Below, piece after piece: positions 39,508-48,888 of a stretch of 64,000 nt of DNA. Position 1 is the stretch's first letter; each line of letters begins with the position of its first letter. The notes beneath the pieces were generated by a model. The model ran no database searches. It saw nothing but the letters and a program-made list of their open reading frames with translations, and was not told where the DNA came from. The DNA is from Psychroflexus sp. (GTDB lineage Bacteria > Bacteroidota > Bacteroidia > Flavobacteriales > Flavobacteriaceae): the NCBI GenBank assembly GCA_965662165.1, contig CBFIGU010000001.1:5254-69253 (forward strand), read 5' to 3'. The position numbers were made by a program, and so were the translations under genes.

Positions 39508-40651
39508 ATACGACATAGCCATAATTGGTGGTGGAGTTTCTGGACTTCATTTAGCCTTAGTCTTAACAGAAGATATCTACTTCAAAGATTATAGAATTGT
39601 AATTTTTGAAAAATCATCAAAAAATGAAAATGATAAAACCTGGTCTTTTTGGGAAAAACAAAATGGTAAATGGGATCATCTAATCGCTAAAAAGTGGAAT
39701 ACTGCTAAAATATATGCTAAAAATGAAGATGTTAGTTTAGAGTTAGCACCCTATACTTACAAAATGCTCCGCTCCATTGATTTTTATAATTTTGCATATA
39801 CCAAGCTTCAAAAAAGCAATTCTATTCAAATAATAAATGAAGAAGTAACAAATTTAATAGAAGCAAAAAGCGAAATTAATATTGAAACTATAGAAAATTC
39901 ATATCAAGCAGAATTAGTTTTCAACAGTCAATTACCTGATTTTGGTAAAATTAAAAATGAAGCTAAATATACTTTACTACAGCATTTTAAGGGCTGGTTT
40001 ATTGAAACAGATCAAGCTGTTTTTAATGCAGATGAATTCACAATGATGGATTATCGTTATAAAGATGGGAACTCAACAAGCTTTATGTATGTGTTGCCAA
40101 CTCAAAACAACAAAGCACTAATTGAATTTACCTACTTCACTCCCAATTTAGTTGATGCAAACCGATATGACCTATTTTTGAAAAAATATATTGAAGAAGA
40201 ATTAAAACTAAATAAATATAAAATTGTAGAAATTGAGCAAGGTATTATTCCCATGTCTACTTATCAGTTTACAAAAAATAATACCAATAGAATTACGCAG
40301 ATTGGTACCGCTGGTGGATGGGTGAAAGCTTCATCAGGCTATTCATTTAAAAATGCCGAAAAAAAAGCTAAGCAAATTTGTGAGAATTTGAAACAAAAAT
40401 TGCCTGTTACCCGGCAATTATTCAATCCAAAATATAAACATTACGATTCATTATTTTTAGATGTTTTGTATAACCAAAATCAAGTTGGCGAAGATGTGTT
40501 TTACAAACTCTATGCAAAGAATGACACTAAAACCTTACTCCGATTTTTAGATGAAAATTCTACTTATAGGGATGACTTGAGCATTATTACTTCGCTTACT
40601 TCTATTAAATTTATAAAGGCATTTTTTAAACATATTTTTGGAACAAAATGA
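39494..40651 (+). CDS. crtY: lycopene cyclase (CrtY/CrtL family)
   Basis: DIAIIGGGVSG, NDKTWSFW, LLQHFKGWFI, MDYR, FMYVLP, E.GIIPM, GGWVKASSGYSF. Confidence 0.87.
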   Translation: MSTSKYDIAIIGGGVSGLHLALVLTEDIYFKDYRIVIFEKSSKNENDKTWSFWEKQNGKWDHLIAKKWNTAKIYAKNEDVSLELAPYTYKMLRSIDFYNFAYTKLQKSNSIQIINEEVTNLIEAKSEINIETIENSYQAELVFNSQLPDFGKIKNEAKYTLLQHFKGWFIETDQAVFNADEFTMMDYRYKDGNSTSFMYVLPTQNNKALIEFTYFTPNLVDANRYDLFLKKYIEEELKLNKYKIVEIEQGIIPMSTYQFTKNNTNRITQIGTAGGWVKASSGYSFKNAEKKAKQICENLKQKLPVTRQLFNPKYKHYDSLFLDVLYNQNQVGEDVFYKLYAKNDTKTLLRFLDENSTYRDDLSIITSLTSIKFIKAFFKHIFGTK

Positions 40652-40872
40652 AGCCAAATCACAAACATCTTGAAGAATTAGCCTTTGCTAAAATGCATTT
40701 TGGAAAATTTAAAAACTCATATTTAAGCGATTTACCAGAAGCTTATTTAATTTGGTTTAAGCAAAAAGGGTTTCCTGCAAACAAACTAGGCCAACAAATG
40801 CAAGAAGTACTCGAACTAAAAGTAAATGGTTTAGAAGATGTTTTACGTAAAATTAGACACAAAAAGTCTTAG
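40648..40872 (+). CDS. DUF3820 family protein
   Basis: MHFGKFK...DLPEAYLIWF..KGFP..KLG; ATGA overlap with crtY. Confidence 0.8.
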   Translation: MKPNHKHLEELAFAKMHFGKFKNSYLSDLPEAYLIWFKQKGFPANKLGQQMQEVLELKVNGLEDVLRKIRHKKS

Positions 40873-40924
40873 TTAAACTTAAAGCTAATCATAAAAATAT
40901 TTAGCTTTGTTCAAAACAAATCTC

Positions 40925-41374
40925 ATGTATAAAAAAATTGTATTTATAAGTTTATTCTCTTTTTTAATTAGTTGCCAAAAAGATGCAAAAGATTTAGATC
41001 AAAAAGAAGAAACTAAATCAGTAGAAAACAGTGTTGCTAAAGATACTCACTCATCCAAAAATAGTTTAGACTACACAGGTGTTTATGAAGGTGAATTCCC
41101 TTGCGAAGACTGTGATTATATAGCTTACAAAGTATTATTAAGAGAAGATAAAACCTTTTACACAAAATACGTTTATGTAGGAAAAGATGATAATATAATT
41201 TCTGAAGAAGGGAGCTATTACTGGTCTGATGATGGTAAAGTAATTATCTTAAAAAGCAAAAAACAAGCTACCAAGTTTAAAGTAGGAGAAAAAATTTTAG
41301 AAATGCTTAGTCAGGGTGATATGAAAATTAAACCTGCTTTAAGAGAAAAATATTTTTTATATAAAACACAGTAG
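40925..41374 (+). CDS. NlpE N-terminal domain lipoprotein
   Basis: Lipobox LISC; SLDYTGVYEGEFPCEDC motif. Confidence 0.85.
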   Translation: MYKKIVFISLFSFLISCQKDAKDLDQKEETKSVENSVAKDTHSSKNSLDYTGVYEGEFPCEDCDYIAYKVLLREDKTFYTKYVYVGKDDNIISEEGSYYWSDDGKVIILKSKKQATKFKVGEKILEMLSQGDMKIKPALREKYFLYKTQ

Positions 41375-41424
41375 AAAAGAACTTTTGCCACTGAAGCCAT
41401 TAATTGAGCGTAAAAATTAATAAA

Positions 41425-42138
41425 ATGAAAGAGAAATTTTTTTCAGCAAAAAATCGAGGACATGCCAATCACGGATGGTTAGATTCACATCATAGTTTTA
41501 GTTTTGCGTCTTATTTTGACCCTAATAAAATGAATTTTGGAGCTTTACGAGTTTTGAATGATGATGTGGTAGCACCAAATATGGGTTTTGGAAGGCATCC
41601 GCATGAAAACATGGAAATTATCTCTATTCCTTTATCTGGTGATTTAGAACATCAAGATGATATGGGAAACAAATCCATCATTAAATCGGGCGAAATACAA
41701 GTAATGAGTGCTGGTACAGGAGTTCAGCATAGTGAGAAAAATAAAAATTCTAATCAAGCGGTAAACTTTCTTCAAATTTGGATATTTCCTAATAAACAGG
41801 ATGTAAAGCCTAGGTATGACCAGCAACAAATTAATGAAGAAAAAGTATTGAATCAATTTGGGCAAATTCTTTCTCCAGACCCAGAAGATGATGGGGTTTG
41901 GATACATCAAGATGCTTGGTTTTATTTAGGTAAATTTAATAAGACTTCTACAGAAAAAATCAAATTACACCATGCGTCAAATGGAGTTTATGTTTTTGTT
42001 TTAAAAGGAGAAGCTCAAATAAATCAAACCAGTTTGAACACTAAAGATGCAATGGGTATTTGGGATACCCAAAATTTTGAAATTCAAGTTCAACCTAATT
42101 CAGAAATTCTATTGATGGAAGTACCTATGAATTATTAA
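41425..42138 (+). CDS. pirin family protein (YhhW-like)
   Basis: RGHANHGWLDSHHSFSF, LRVLNDD, GFGRHPHENMEI, HQDDMGN, QVMSAGTGVQHSE. Confidence 0.93.
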   Translation: MKEKFFSAKNRGHANHGWLDSHHSFSFASYFDPNKMNFGALRVLNDDVVAPNMGFGRHPHENMEIISIPLSGDLEHQDDMGNKSIIKSGEIQVMSAGTGVQHSEKNKNSNQAVNFLQIWIFPNKQDVKPRYDQQQINEEKVLNQFGQILSPDPEDDGVWIHQDAWFYLGKFNKTSTEKIKLHHASNGVYVFVLKGEAQINQTSLNTKDAMGIWDTQNFEIQVQPNSEILLMEVPMNY

Positions 42139-42154
42139 TTCATTTTAAAATAAA

Positions 42155-42181
42155 AAAGCGCTTGAAAAATTCAAGCGCTTT
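42155..42181. terminator. bidirectional intrinsic terminator between pirin and trxB
   Basis: AAAGCGCTTGAA-AAA-TTCAAGCGCTTT. Confidence 0.8.
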
Positions 42182-42203
42182 GATTTGAACTAAAATTTAT
42201 ATT

Positions 42204-43193
42204 TTAATTTACAAATTCTTCTTCTGTAACTTTTTCATCTTCATCAGACTCTAAACTTGCTAAATAACGCTCTGCATCTAATGCTGCCATACAACCTGTT
42301 CCTGCTGCAGTCACCGCTTGTCTGTATTCTTTATCTTGAACATCTCCACTTGCAAAAACACCTGGAATATTAGTTTTTGTTGTTTTTGGCTCGGTAATAA
42401 TATATCCTGTTTTATCCATGTCAATAACTCCTTTAAAGATATCAGTATTAGGTTTGTGACCAATGGCAATAAATAGACCTGTAATTTTAATTTCTTCAGT
42501 TTCTTTAGTTTGATTATTAATCATTCGCAAACCTTCAACCACTTGGTCTCCTAAAACTTCATCAATTTCTGTAAAGAATTTTACTTCTAAATTTTTAGTA
42601 TTAAAAACTCTATTTTGCATAGCCTTAGAAGCTCTCATTTCTCCACGTCTTACCAACATAGTAACTTTGTTACAGATTTTTGCTAAGTAAGTTGCTTCTT
42701 CTGCAGCGGTATCTCCACCACCTACAATGGCAACATCTTGACCTTTATAGAAAAAACCATCGCAAACTGCACAAGCAGATACACCACCTCCACGTAATCG
42801 TTGTTCACTTTCTAAACCTAAATATTTAGCTGAAGCTCCTGTAGAAATAATTAAACTTTCTGCTTCAACCCAAATTTTATTATCAATTTGAACTTTATGT
42901 ATTCCTCCTTCTTTATCAGATAATTCTACTTTAGTAGCCATCCCAATTCTAACATCAGTACCAAAACGTTCAGCTTGTGCTTGTAATTCACTCATCATTT
43001 TAGGTCCATCAATCCCGTTTGGGTAACCTGGAAAATTCTCAACTTCTGTTGTGGTAGTAAGCTGGCCACCTGGCTCCATTCCTGTATAAACCACTGGATT
43101 TAAATCTGCTCTAGCCGCATAAATAGCAGCAGTATAACCTGCAGGTCCAGATCCAACTATTAAGCATTTTATTCGTTCTATTTGTTCTGACAT
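42204..43193 (-). CDS. trxB: thioredoxin-disulfide reductase
   Basis: GSGPAGYTAA, GGQL, SACAVCDG, GGGDTAAEEA, FASGDV...QAVTAAGTG. Confidence 0.96.
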   Translation of the reverse strand: MSEQIERIKCLIVGSGPAGYTAAIYAARADLNPVVYTGMEPGGQLTTTTEVENFPGYPNGIDGPKMMSELQAQAERFGTDVRIGMATKVELSDKEGGIHKVQIDNKIWVEAESLIISTGASAKYLGLESEQRLRGGGVSACAVCDGFFYKGQDVAIVGGGDTAAEEATYLAKICNKVTMLVRRGEMRASKAMQNRVFNTKNLEVKFFTEIDEVLGDQVVEGLRMINNQTKETEEIKITGLFIAIGHKPNTDIFKGVIDMDKTGYIITEPKTTKTNIPGVFASGDVQDKEYRQAVTAAGTGCMAALDAERYLASLESDEDEKVTEEEFVN

Positions 43194-43209
43194 AATCTTC
43201 AATTTTACA

Positions 43210-43217
43210 CAAAAATA
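43210..43217 (-). promoter_or_regulatory. -7 element (TATTTTTG) for trxB
   Basis: Exact TAnnTTTG 16 nt upstream of ATG 43193. Confidence 0.55.
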
Positions 43218-43364
43218 CTATCTTTTATTGAAACTTAGCTTTATAAAAATCTGATGTTGATATATAATAATAAGTATTTCTTATTAAATCCTAACGCTTA
43301 ATTAGCTTGAATAATCTCAAAAGAACAAAAACATGAATAAAGCTATTTTGGCAAATAATTATAA

Positions 43365-43372
43365 TAAATTTG
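43365..43372 (+). promoter_or_regulatory. -7 element (TAAATTTG) for tryptophan dioxygenase
   Basis: Exact TAnnTTTG 16 nt upstream of ATG 43389. Confidence 0.6.
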
Positions 43373-43388
43373 CAGAAATTGAAATTGT

Positions 43389-44303
43389 ATGAGTAAAACA
43401 CAAGAATTAGTTGAACAGCTCGTAAAGAAGTATGAGTCTTTAGGTGAAAATCCTAATACTTTTCTTGAAGGTTTATTGCATGCAAAACCCATTAATTATT
43501 GGGATTATATTGAAGTTGAAACCCTTTTAGCTCTTCAAAAACCAAGAACACATTTTAAAGATGAAGTGGTATTTATTGGTTATCATCAAGTTACTGAGTT
43601 AGTTTTAAAATTAATGATTCATGAACTGAAACAGCTAACTCAGGAAGATTTGAAAGAGAAAGAGTTTTCAGAAAAAATTCAACGACTTAGTCGTTATACA
43701 GATATGCTCATAACTTCTTTTAGTGTTATGAAAGATGGTATGAATTATGACGACTATAATGTATTTAGAATGACATTAGCTCCGGCTAGTGGATTTCAAA
43801 GTGCGCAGTTTAGATTCCTAGAAATATATTGTACAGAAATTGCTAACCTAGTAAACGAAGAAGGTAAAAAACGACTACCGTCTAATCCTACTACAGAAGA
43901 CTATTTTGAACATATTTACTGGAAAGATGCTGGACATAATCGCAAAACAGGAAAGAAATCTTTAACACTTAAAGAATTTGAAGAAAAGTATTTGAAAGAT
44001 TTTATAGATTTAGCCAATCAACTTCATGGAAACACCTTGCATGAACGCTATTTGAAAATTAAAAACCCTAGTGAAGACTTAAAAAATAGTCTACGAGATT
44101 TCGATTATAATTATAATGTAAGTTGGCCACTCACCCATTTGCGTACCGCACAAAAATACCTCAATAAAAAAGGGGAGAATAAGGCAGCTACTGGTGGATC
44201 TAAGTGGCAAAAATATTTGCACCCAAGGCATCAACAACGATTGTTTTTTCCATCGCTATGGAAAGAGCAAAGTATTTTAGATTGGAAAGAAGGAAATGTA
44301 TAA
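43389..44303 (+). CDS. kynA: tryptophan 2,3-dioxygenase family protein
   Basis: YWDYIEVETLLALQ, DEVVFIGYHQVTEL, FR..LAPASGFQSAQFR.LE, H...A, ATGGS.W..YL. Confidence 0.88.
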   Translation: MSKTQELVEQLVKKYESLGENPNTFLEGLLHAKPINYWDYIEVETLLALQKPRTHFKDEVVFIGYHQVTELVLKLMIHELKQLTQEDLKEKEFSEKIQRLSRYTDMLITSFSVMKDGMNYDDYNVFRMTLAPASGFQSAQFRFLEIYCTEIANLVNEEGKKRLPSNPTTEDYFEHIYWKDAGHNRKTGKKSLTLKEFEEKYLKDFIDLANQLHGNTLHERYLKIKNPSEDLKNSLRDFDYNYNVSWPLTHLRTAQKYLNKKGENKAATGGSKWQKYLHPRHQQRLFFPSLWKEQSILDWKEGNV

Positions 44304-44790
44304 AACTATAATTTTCATGCTGTTTATTTTTTTGGGCAATATAAGTATATTGTATTCTCAAGAAGATGCAGTGCGTTTTTTTGACTTAGAAACCAGGCCC
44401 AGCATATCTGTTTTATATGACCAACGCTATAAACGAGAAATTAAACCGATTGCATTACCCTTTAATATTTTCGACCAGAAGATAGCGAGACGAAATATCA
44501 ATATTGCCCAACATGTGCAACAAAAAGAAAATGAAGTAAACTATCTGGTAAAGTTATACGAATCTAGAATAAGCCAACAACAAAATAGAATTTCAAGCAA
44601 TTACAAACAAGATTTAGCTACTCAACGTAAAGAAGAAAAAAGAGTAAATTTTGATACCAATCGAAATTACAATTACCGACCTTACGGATGGGAAAACACT
44701 TTTTATGAAACTTCAAGACTATGGCAACCTAGCTTTTACAGAAGCTTTAGAAATGAACAATTAAGAACAAACGGATATTTATTCAATTAA
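44296..44790 (+). CDS. hypothetical secreted protein
   Basis: Signal peptide ending LYS-Q; Q/N/R/Y-rich body; start overlaps the kynA stop. Confidence 0.6.
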   Translation: MYKTIIFMLFIFLGNISILYSQEDAVRFFDLETRPSISVLYDQRYKREIKPIALPFNIFDQKIARRNINIAQHVQQKENEVNYLVKLYESRISQQQNRISSNYKQDLATQRKEEKRVNFDTNRNYNYRPYGWENTFYETSRLWQPSFYRSFRNEQLRTNGYLFN

Positions 44791-44803
44791 AATTAGAAAA
44801 TAA

Positions 44804-45640
44804 TTATTTTTTTAGATAAATACCTACTCCGTTTTCAATAGTAATTTGTCTGTTTTTGTATAAAGTCCCAATTGCTTTTTTAAATGCTTTTTTGCTCATT
44901 TTAAGCAATTTATTAATCATTTCTGGATTAGATTTATCATGCAAAGGCAAAAATCCTTCCGTATCTTTTAAAACTTCTAGAATCTTTTCAGCATTAGGTT
45001 CAATACTTCTATAACCTGGACGTTGAAGGCTTAAATCAATTTTATTGCCTTCTCTTATTTTTTTAATGAAGCCTTTTAAACGATCCCCAACTCGTAATTT
45101 TTGATGTACATCACTTTCAAAGATTAGTCCTAGATGAATATCATTGATTATTGCATTATAACCCAAGTCTGTTGGATTAGAAATCAATAAATCAACTTCT
45201 TCAAAAGCTTCAACCGTAAGTTCTGTATTATCTACAAAGTGATGTACTTTAGATGAAGCTACTAAACGATTGGTTTCTTCGTCTAGATAACAAAAAACTA
45301 AATATCTTTCACCAATTTTCATTTTATTGGCTTGTTCTATGTAAGGAACAAACAAATGCTTTTCTAAGCCCCAATCCATAAAAGAACCAAACTTATTAGT
45401 GTCTACACAAGACAGTAAAGCAAACTCGTCTAATTTAATGTAAGGTTCTAAGGTTGTAGCAACCGGTCGTTCTTCATGATCTAAATAAACAAAAACACGA
45501 ATTTTGTCACCTATTTCGAATTCTTCTGGTTTGTATTTATTAGGAAGTAAAACTTCATTCTCTTCTTGGTCGGTTAAAAATAAACCAGGATCGGTATCTC
45601 GATCTATAACAAGTTCGTGATGAACGCCAATGGCAAGCAT
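44804..45640 (-). CDS. cvfB: CvfB/YitL-family S1 RNA-binding protein
   Basis: VLLPNKY, FVYLDHEER.VATT, FMDWGLEKHLFVP, GKIDLSL-like segment, SKKAFKKAIGTLYK winged helix. Confidence 0.88.
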   Translation of the reverse strand: MLAIGVHHELVIDRDTDPGLFLTDQEENEVLLPNKYKPEEFEIGDKIRVFVYLDHEERPVATTLEPYIKLDEFALLSCVDTNKFGSFMDWGLEKHLFVPYIEQANKMKIGERYLVFCYLDEETNRLVASSKVHHFVDNTELTVEAFEEVDLLISNPTDLGYNAIINDIHLGLIFESDVHQKLRVGDRLKGFIKKIREGNKIDLSLQRPGYRSIEPNAEKILEVLKDTEGFLPLHDKSNPEMINKLLKMSKKAFKKAIGTLYKNRQITIENGVGIYLKK

Positions 45641-45654
45641 ATTATAATTTTTTG

Positions 45655-45662
45655 CAAAGATA
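45655..45662 (-). promoter_or_regulatory. -7 element (TATCTTTG) for cvfB
   Basis: Exact TAnnTTTG 14 nt upstream of ATG 45640, supporting that start. Confidence 0.6.
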
Positions 45663-45695
45663 CGTAACTTAAAGCTAGAACCTTGAGATAAGATA

Positions 45696-46208
45696 TTATT
45701 TATGCCAGCTAGCATACATTAAGTAACTATCTGCAATTCTATTAATTTGTCCAGAAAGTAATTCTGGACTAACCGATTTCACTTTTTTTGCAGGTACACC
45801 AGCATAAATACTTCCTTTTTCTACATGCGTATTTTCTAAAACCACTGCTCCGGCAGCAATTATACTTCCTTCTTCTACAACAACGCCATCCATAACAATT
45901 GCACCCATCCCCACTAAAACATCATCATGAATGGTACAGCCATGAATAATAGCACGATGACCTATAGATACATTATTGCCAATTGTAGTTGGCGCTTTTT
46001 GGTAAGTACAATGAATCATTACCTGGTCTTGAATATTTACTTTATTACCTATTTTAATAAAATGGACATCGCCTCGAACAACTGCATTATACCAAATACT
46101 ACAATTATTTCCCATTTCTACATCTCCCAAAATAGTAGCATTGTCTGCCAAAAAACAATTATCACCAAATTGTGGTGTATGATTATTAATAGATTTTATA
46201 AGTGCCAT
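45696..46208 (-). CDS. gamma carbonic anhydrase family protein (YrdA-like)
   Basis: Hexapeptide repeats; VVRGD, NIQD...IH, IGHRAIIHGC, AGVPAK. Confidence 0.92.
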   Translation of the reverse strand: MALIKSINNHTPQFGDNCFLADNATILGDVEMGNNCSIWYNAVVRGDVHFIKIGNKVNIQDQVMIHCTYQKAPTTIGNNVSIGHRAIIHGCTIHDDVLVGMGAIVMDGVVVEEGSIIAAGAVVLENTHVEKGSIYAGVPAKKVKSVSPELLSGQINRIADSYLMYASWHK

Positions 46209-46315
46209 ATTAACTTTTTTAAGTTGAAATTTAAAAATATGAAATGTTTTGAAACCTGTATAGAAGTCCACCATATTTAAATACCAAAAAGAGTTTTATA
46301 CTTTTATAAAGAAGA

Positions 46316-46348
46316 TTTGTGTATTTAATAACAAGAATCTTACTTTTG
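46316..46348 (+). promoter_or_regulatory. promoter for cysH
   Basis: TTTG (46316-46319), 21-nt spacer, TACTTTTG (46341-46348). Confidence 0.6.
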
Positions 46349-46366
46349 ACCGCTTTAAACCAAAAT

Positions 46367-47041
46367 ATGCAGGTAGAAACCAAAACAAAATTAAAAGAGT
46401 TAAATGAAAAGTATGAAGTTTTAAGTCCTTCTGAACGCATAACTGCCTTCTACACAGAATTTAATGTAAATGATGTACTTGTAACTTCTTCCTTTGCAGC
46501 AAATTCTGCCTTTTTCTTGCATTTATTCAGTAAATATGGTCACCCAGCACAAGAGATTCATTTTATTGATACCAAATTTCATTTTGACGAAACCTTACAC
46601 TATAAAGAGTTTTTGACGAAAAAATACCACCTAAATGTTGTAGATATTACTCCTAACCAAGCTCAAAATACAATAGCTGATAAAGAAAAACTCTGGAGAA
46701 AAAATCCCGATTTATGTTGCGAAATCAATAAAGTACATCCGCTTTCTAGTGTAGCAAAGAATTATAAAGTTTGGGCTTCTGGTTTGATGCGTTCACAAAA
46801 CGAACACCGAAAAAATCTACAGGTGTTTGAAGAAAAGAAAGGGAGCATCCGTTTTTATCCTATTATAGACATTGATCCTGCAAAACGCGACGCCTTCATA
46901 AAACAAGAAAAATTGCCTACTCACCCATTAGTTAAACAAGGCTATCACTCTATTGGGTGTAAGCATTGTACCGTAAAAGGTGAAAATAGAGAAGGCAGAT
47001 GGGTAGGCTTAGCTAAATCTGAATGTGGATTACATATTTAA
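46367..47041 (+). CDS. cysH: assimilatory APS reductase (CysH family, [4Fe-4S] type)
   Basis: TSSF, FIDTKFHFDET, LCC-x79-CKHC, REGRW, ECGLH. Confidence 0.88.
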   Translation: MQVETKTKLKELNEKYEVLSPSERITAFYTEFNVNDVLVTSSFAANSAFFLHLFSKYGHPAQEIHFIDTKFHFDETLHYKEFLTKKYHLNVVDITPNQAQNTIADKEKLWRKNPDLCCEINKVHPLSSVAKNYKVWASGLMRSQNEHRKNLQVFEEKKGSIRFYPIIDIDPAKRDAFIKQEKLPTHPLVKQGYHSIGCKHCTVKGENREGRWVGLAKSECGLHI

Positions 47042-47080
47042 ATTGGCTTAATTTTTGAAAATAGTATTCTAAAATTAAAT

Positions 47081-48016
47081 ATGAAATCTTTTTTTTGGCT
47101 TCTACTTTTAAGCTTCAACTTGTACAGCATTTCTTCATTTGGCCAGTTTAGTGGAGAAATTACCTATAAATTTGAGTACAAAAATCCCACTTCGCAATCC
47201 TTAACTTCACAGTTGAATGATGTAATAATAGATAGTGTAGCTTATTGGATTAATGGTTCTGGCTACCATTCTATAAGTTATGCAAAAGGAAAAATCTATG
47301 AAGAATATATTTATGATGCAGCTTCAAAAAGAATGCTATTTAGTATGGATGCCCGTCCTTACTATTTGTATTTACAAACCGATTTAGAAAAATTTAAAGT
47401 AGATAAAGCGCTAGATATTCAAAAAAAGCCACAAGAAAATATAATAGGTTTTACAACTTACCGAGCCAAAAATCTTCATACAGGAGAAATCAACTTTTTT
47501 TCAAACCAGCTTCAAGTAGAAACTGAAGAATACCAAACTCATTATTTTAGCCAATGGAATAAAATAATGGAAGAAACCAACGGAAGTATTCCTTTAAAAA
47601 GCATATCGAAACAAAATGGGGTAAGCATTATAAAAACGGCTATTAAAGTTGCAGAAATCCCAGCTGATGAGCTTATTTTTAAAATAGATCACCAAAGAAA
47701 GCAAGTTGCAGCTTACAATAATCTAGATGAAGTAATTCCATTCCCAGAACTGAACGGTAATAAAATGTGGTGTTACCAATCTATAGTAGAAAGACAAAGT
47801 AATAAGTTAATTGATGGAAAAGACTATCAAATTACTTTACGATTTGTAATTCATGAAGATGAACACATTAGCCATATTGAAGTTGTAGAAAGTAAATATC
47901 CTTACCTAAATGAAGCCGCAAAAAAAATTATAGCAACTTGCGATTTAGGTTTTGAAGCTGGAAAAATAAATGGAAAGCCTGTGAGTTCTGAAATTTATTA
48001 TCCTGTGAATTTCTAA
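47081..48016 (+). CDS. secreted hypothetical protein with a C-terminal TonB_C-like domain
   Basis: Signal peptide ending SFG-Q; C-terminus LRFVIHED..ISHIEVV...EAAKKII...FEAGKINGKPV...YPVNF. Confidence 0.65.
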   Translation: MKSFFWLLLLSFNLYSISSFGQFSGEITYKFEYKNPTSQSLTSQLNDVIIDSVAYWINGSGYHSISYAKGKIYEEYIYDAASKRMLFSMDARPYYLYLQTDLEKFKVDKALDIQKKPQENIIGFTTYRAKNLHTGEINFFSNQLQVETEEYQTHYFSQWNKIMEETNGSIPLKSISKQNGVSIIKTAIKVAEIPADELIFKIDHQRKQVAAYNNLDEVIPFPELNGNKMWCYQSIVERQSNKLIDGKDYQITLRFVIHEDEHISHIEVVESKYPYLNEAAKKIIATCDLGFEAGKINGKPVSSEIYYPVNF

Positions 48017-48021
48017 TCTAT

Positions 48022-48029
48022 TATATTTG
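48022..48029 (+). promoter_or_regulatory. -7 element (TATATTTG) for the lipoprotein gene
   Basis: Exact TAnnTTTG 16 nt upstream of ATG 48046. Confidence 0.55.
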
Positions 48030-48045
48030 AAAAAATTAGAATTAT

Positions 48046-48888
48046 ATGCGCACTAAAGTTTATTCCCTTTTCATTGGTTTGATTAGCATTTTATTTGTCA
48101 ACTGTTCATCTAGTGATGACGATTCAAATTCATCTTCTAATCAAAATTACTTTCCATTAGTTATAAATAATGAGTGGGATTATGAAAATACCCGAACAAT
48201 TTCTGGAAATGAAGAAGTTTTTGACGAAACCATAGTCGTAGAAAATAGTTTAACGAATCAAGAAAACACTTCGTTTACACTCAACTCTACAGCAGAACAA
48301 GGTGATGTAAGCTTTACAAGTGTATTATCTAATGGAGAATTATATAAAACCAACAATAAATTATTTTTAACAGGAAGCGTAAATTTAGGCTTAGACCAAG
48401 TTGAAATCCCAGGATTTGATATCGACTTTCAAGATTTAGTGGTTTACGATGCGCAAGCCGTAGAAAACACTATTTTATTTACTGAAAACCAGGATCTTGA
48501 TTTACCAGAATTCAATAACATTAACTTAAGCTTAAACATTAATATAGAAAGTAAAAGCCTTGGAAGTTTTCAAAATTTTGATGCTAACAATGAAATTTAT
48601 GATGAAGTAATTGGATCTGAATTTACAGTTAAAATGGGAATAGATGCTACTACAACTGTAGCAGGTTTTCCACTTCCCATAACCATTCCTGTTTTAGAAT
48701 TTCAAGAAGTAGTAAATTCTACTAATTATTTTGCAAATGAAATTGGTTTAGTTCAAAGTGAAACCAATTTAAACGTCGATTTTAGTGATGAAATTAGCCA
48801 AATACCAAACTTAAATTTACAAGATATTTCATCTCTCATACAACAAAGTTTAATAGCCTACCAAGTAAGCTTAGAAGAAGAAAACTAA
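48046..48888 (+). CDS. hypothetical lipoprotein, probably surface-exposed
   Basis: Lipobox FVNC followed by SSSDDD; YFPLVINNEWDYE; acidic, beta-rich. Confidence 0.8.
   Translation: MRTKVYSLFIGLISILFVNCSSSDDDSNSSSNQNYFPLVINNEWDYENTRTISGNEEVFDETIVVENSLTNQENTSFTLNSTAEQGDVSFTSVLSNGELYKTNNKLFLTGSVNLGLDQVEIPGFDIDFQDLVVYDAQAVENTILFTENQDLDLPEFNNINLSLNINIESKSLGSFQNFDANNEIYDEVIGSEFTVKMGIDATTTVAGFPLPITIPVLEFQEVVNSTNYFANEIGLVQSETNLNVDFSDEISQIPNLNLQDISSLIQQSLIAYQVSLEEEN

Noticed and set aside
43333-43392. 19-aa uORF (MNKAILANNYNKFAEIEIV) whose TGA overlaps the kynA ATG; possible leader peptide
   Set aside because: No Trp codons, no attenuator hairpin, and the predicted kynA -7 box lies inside it, so it would not be on that transcript.
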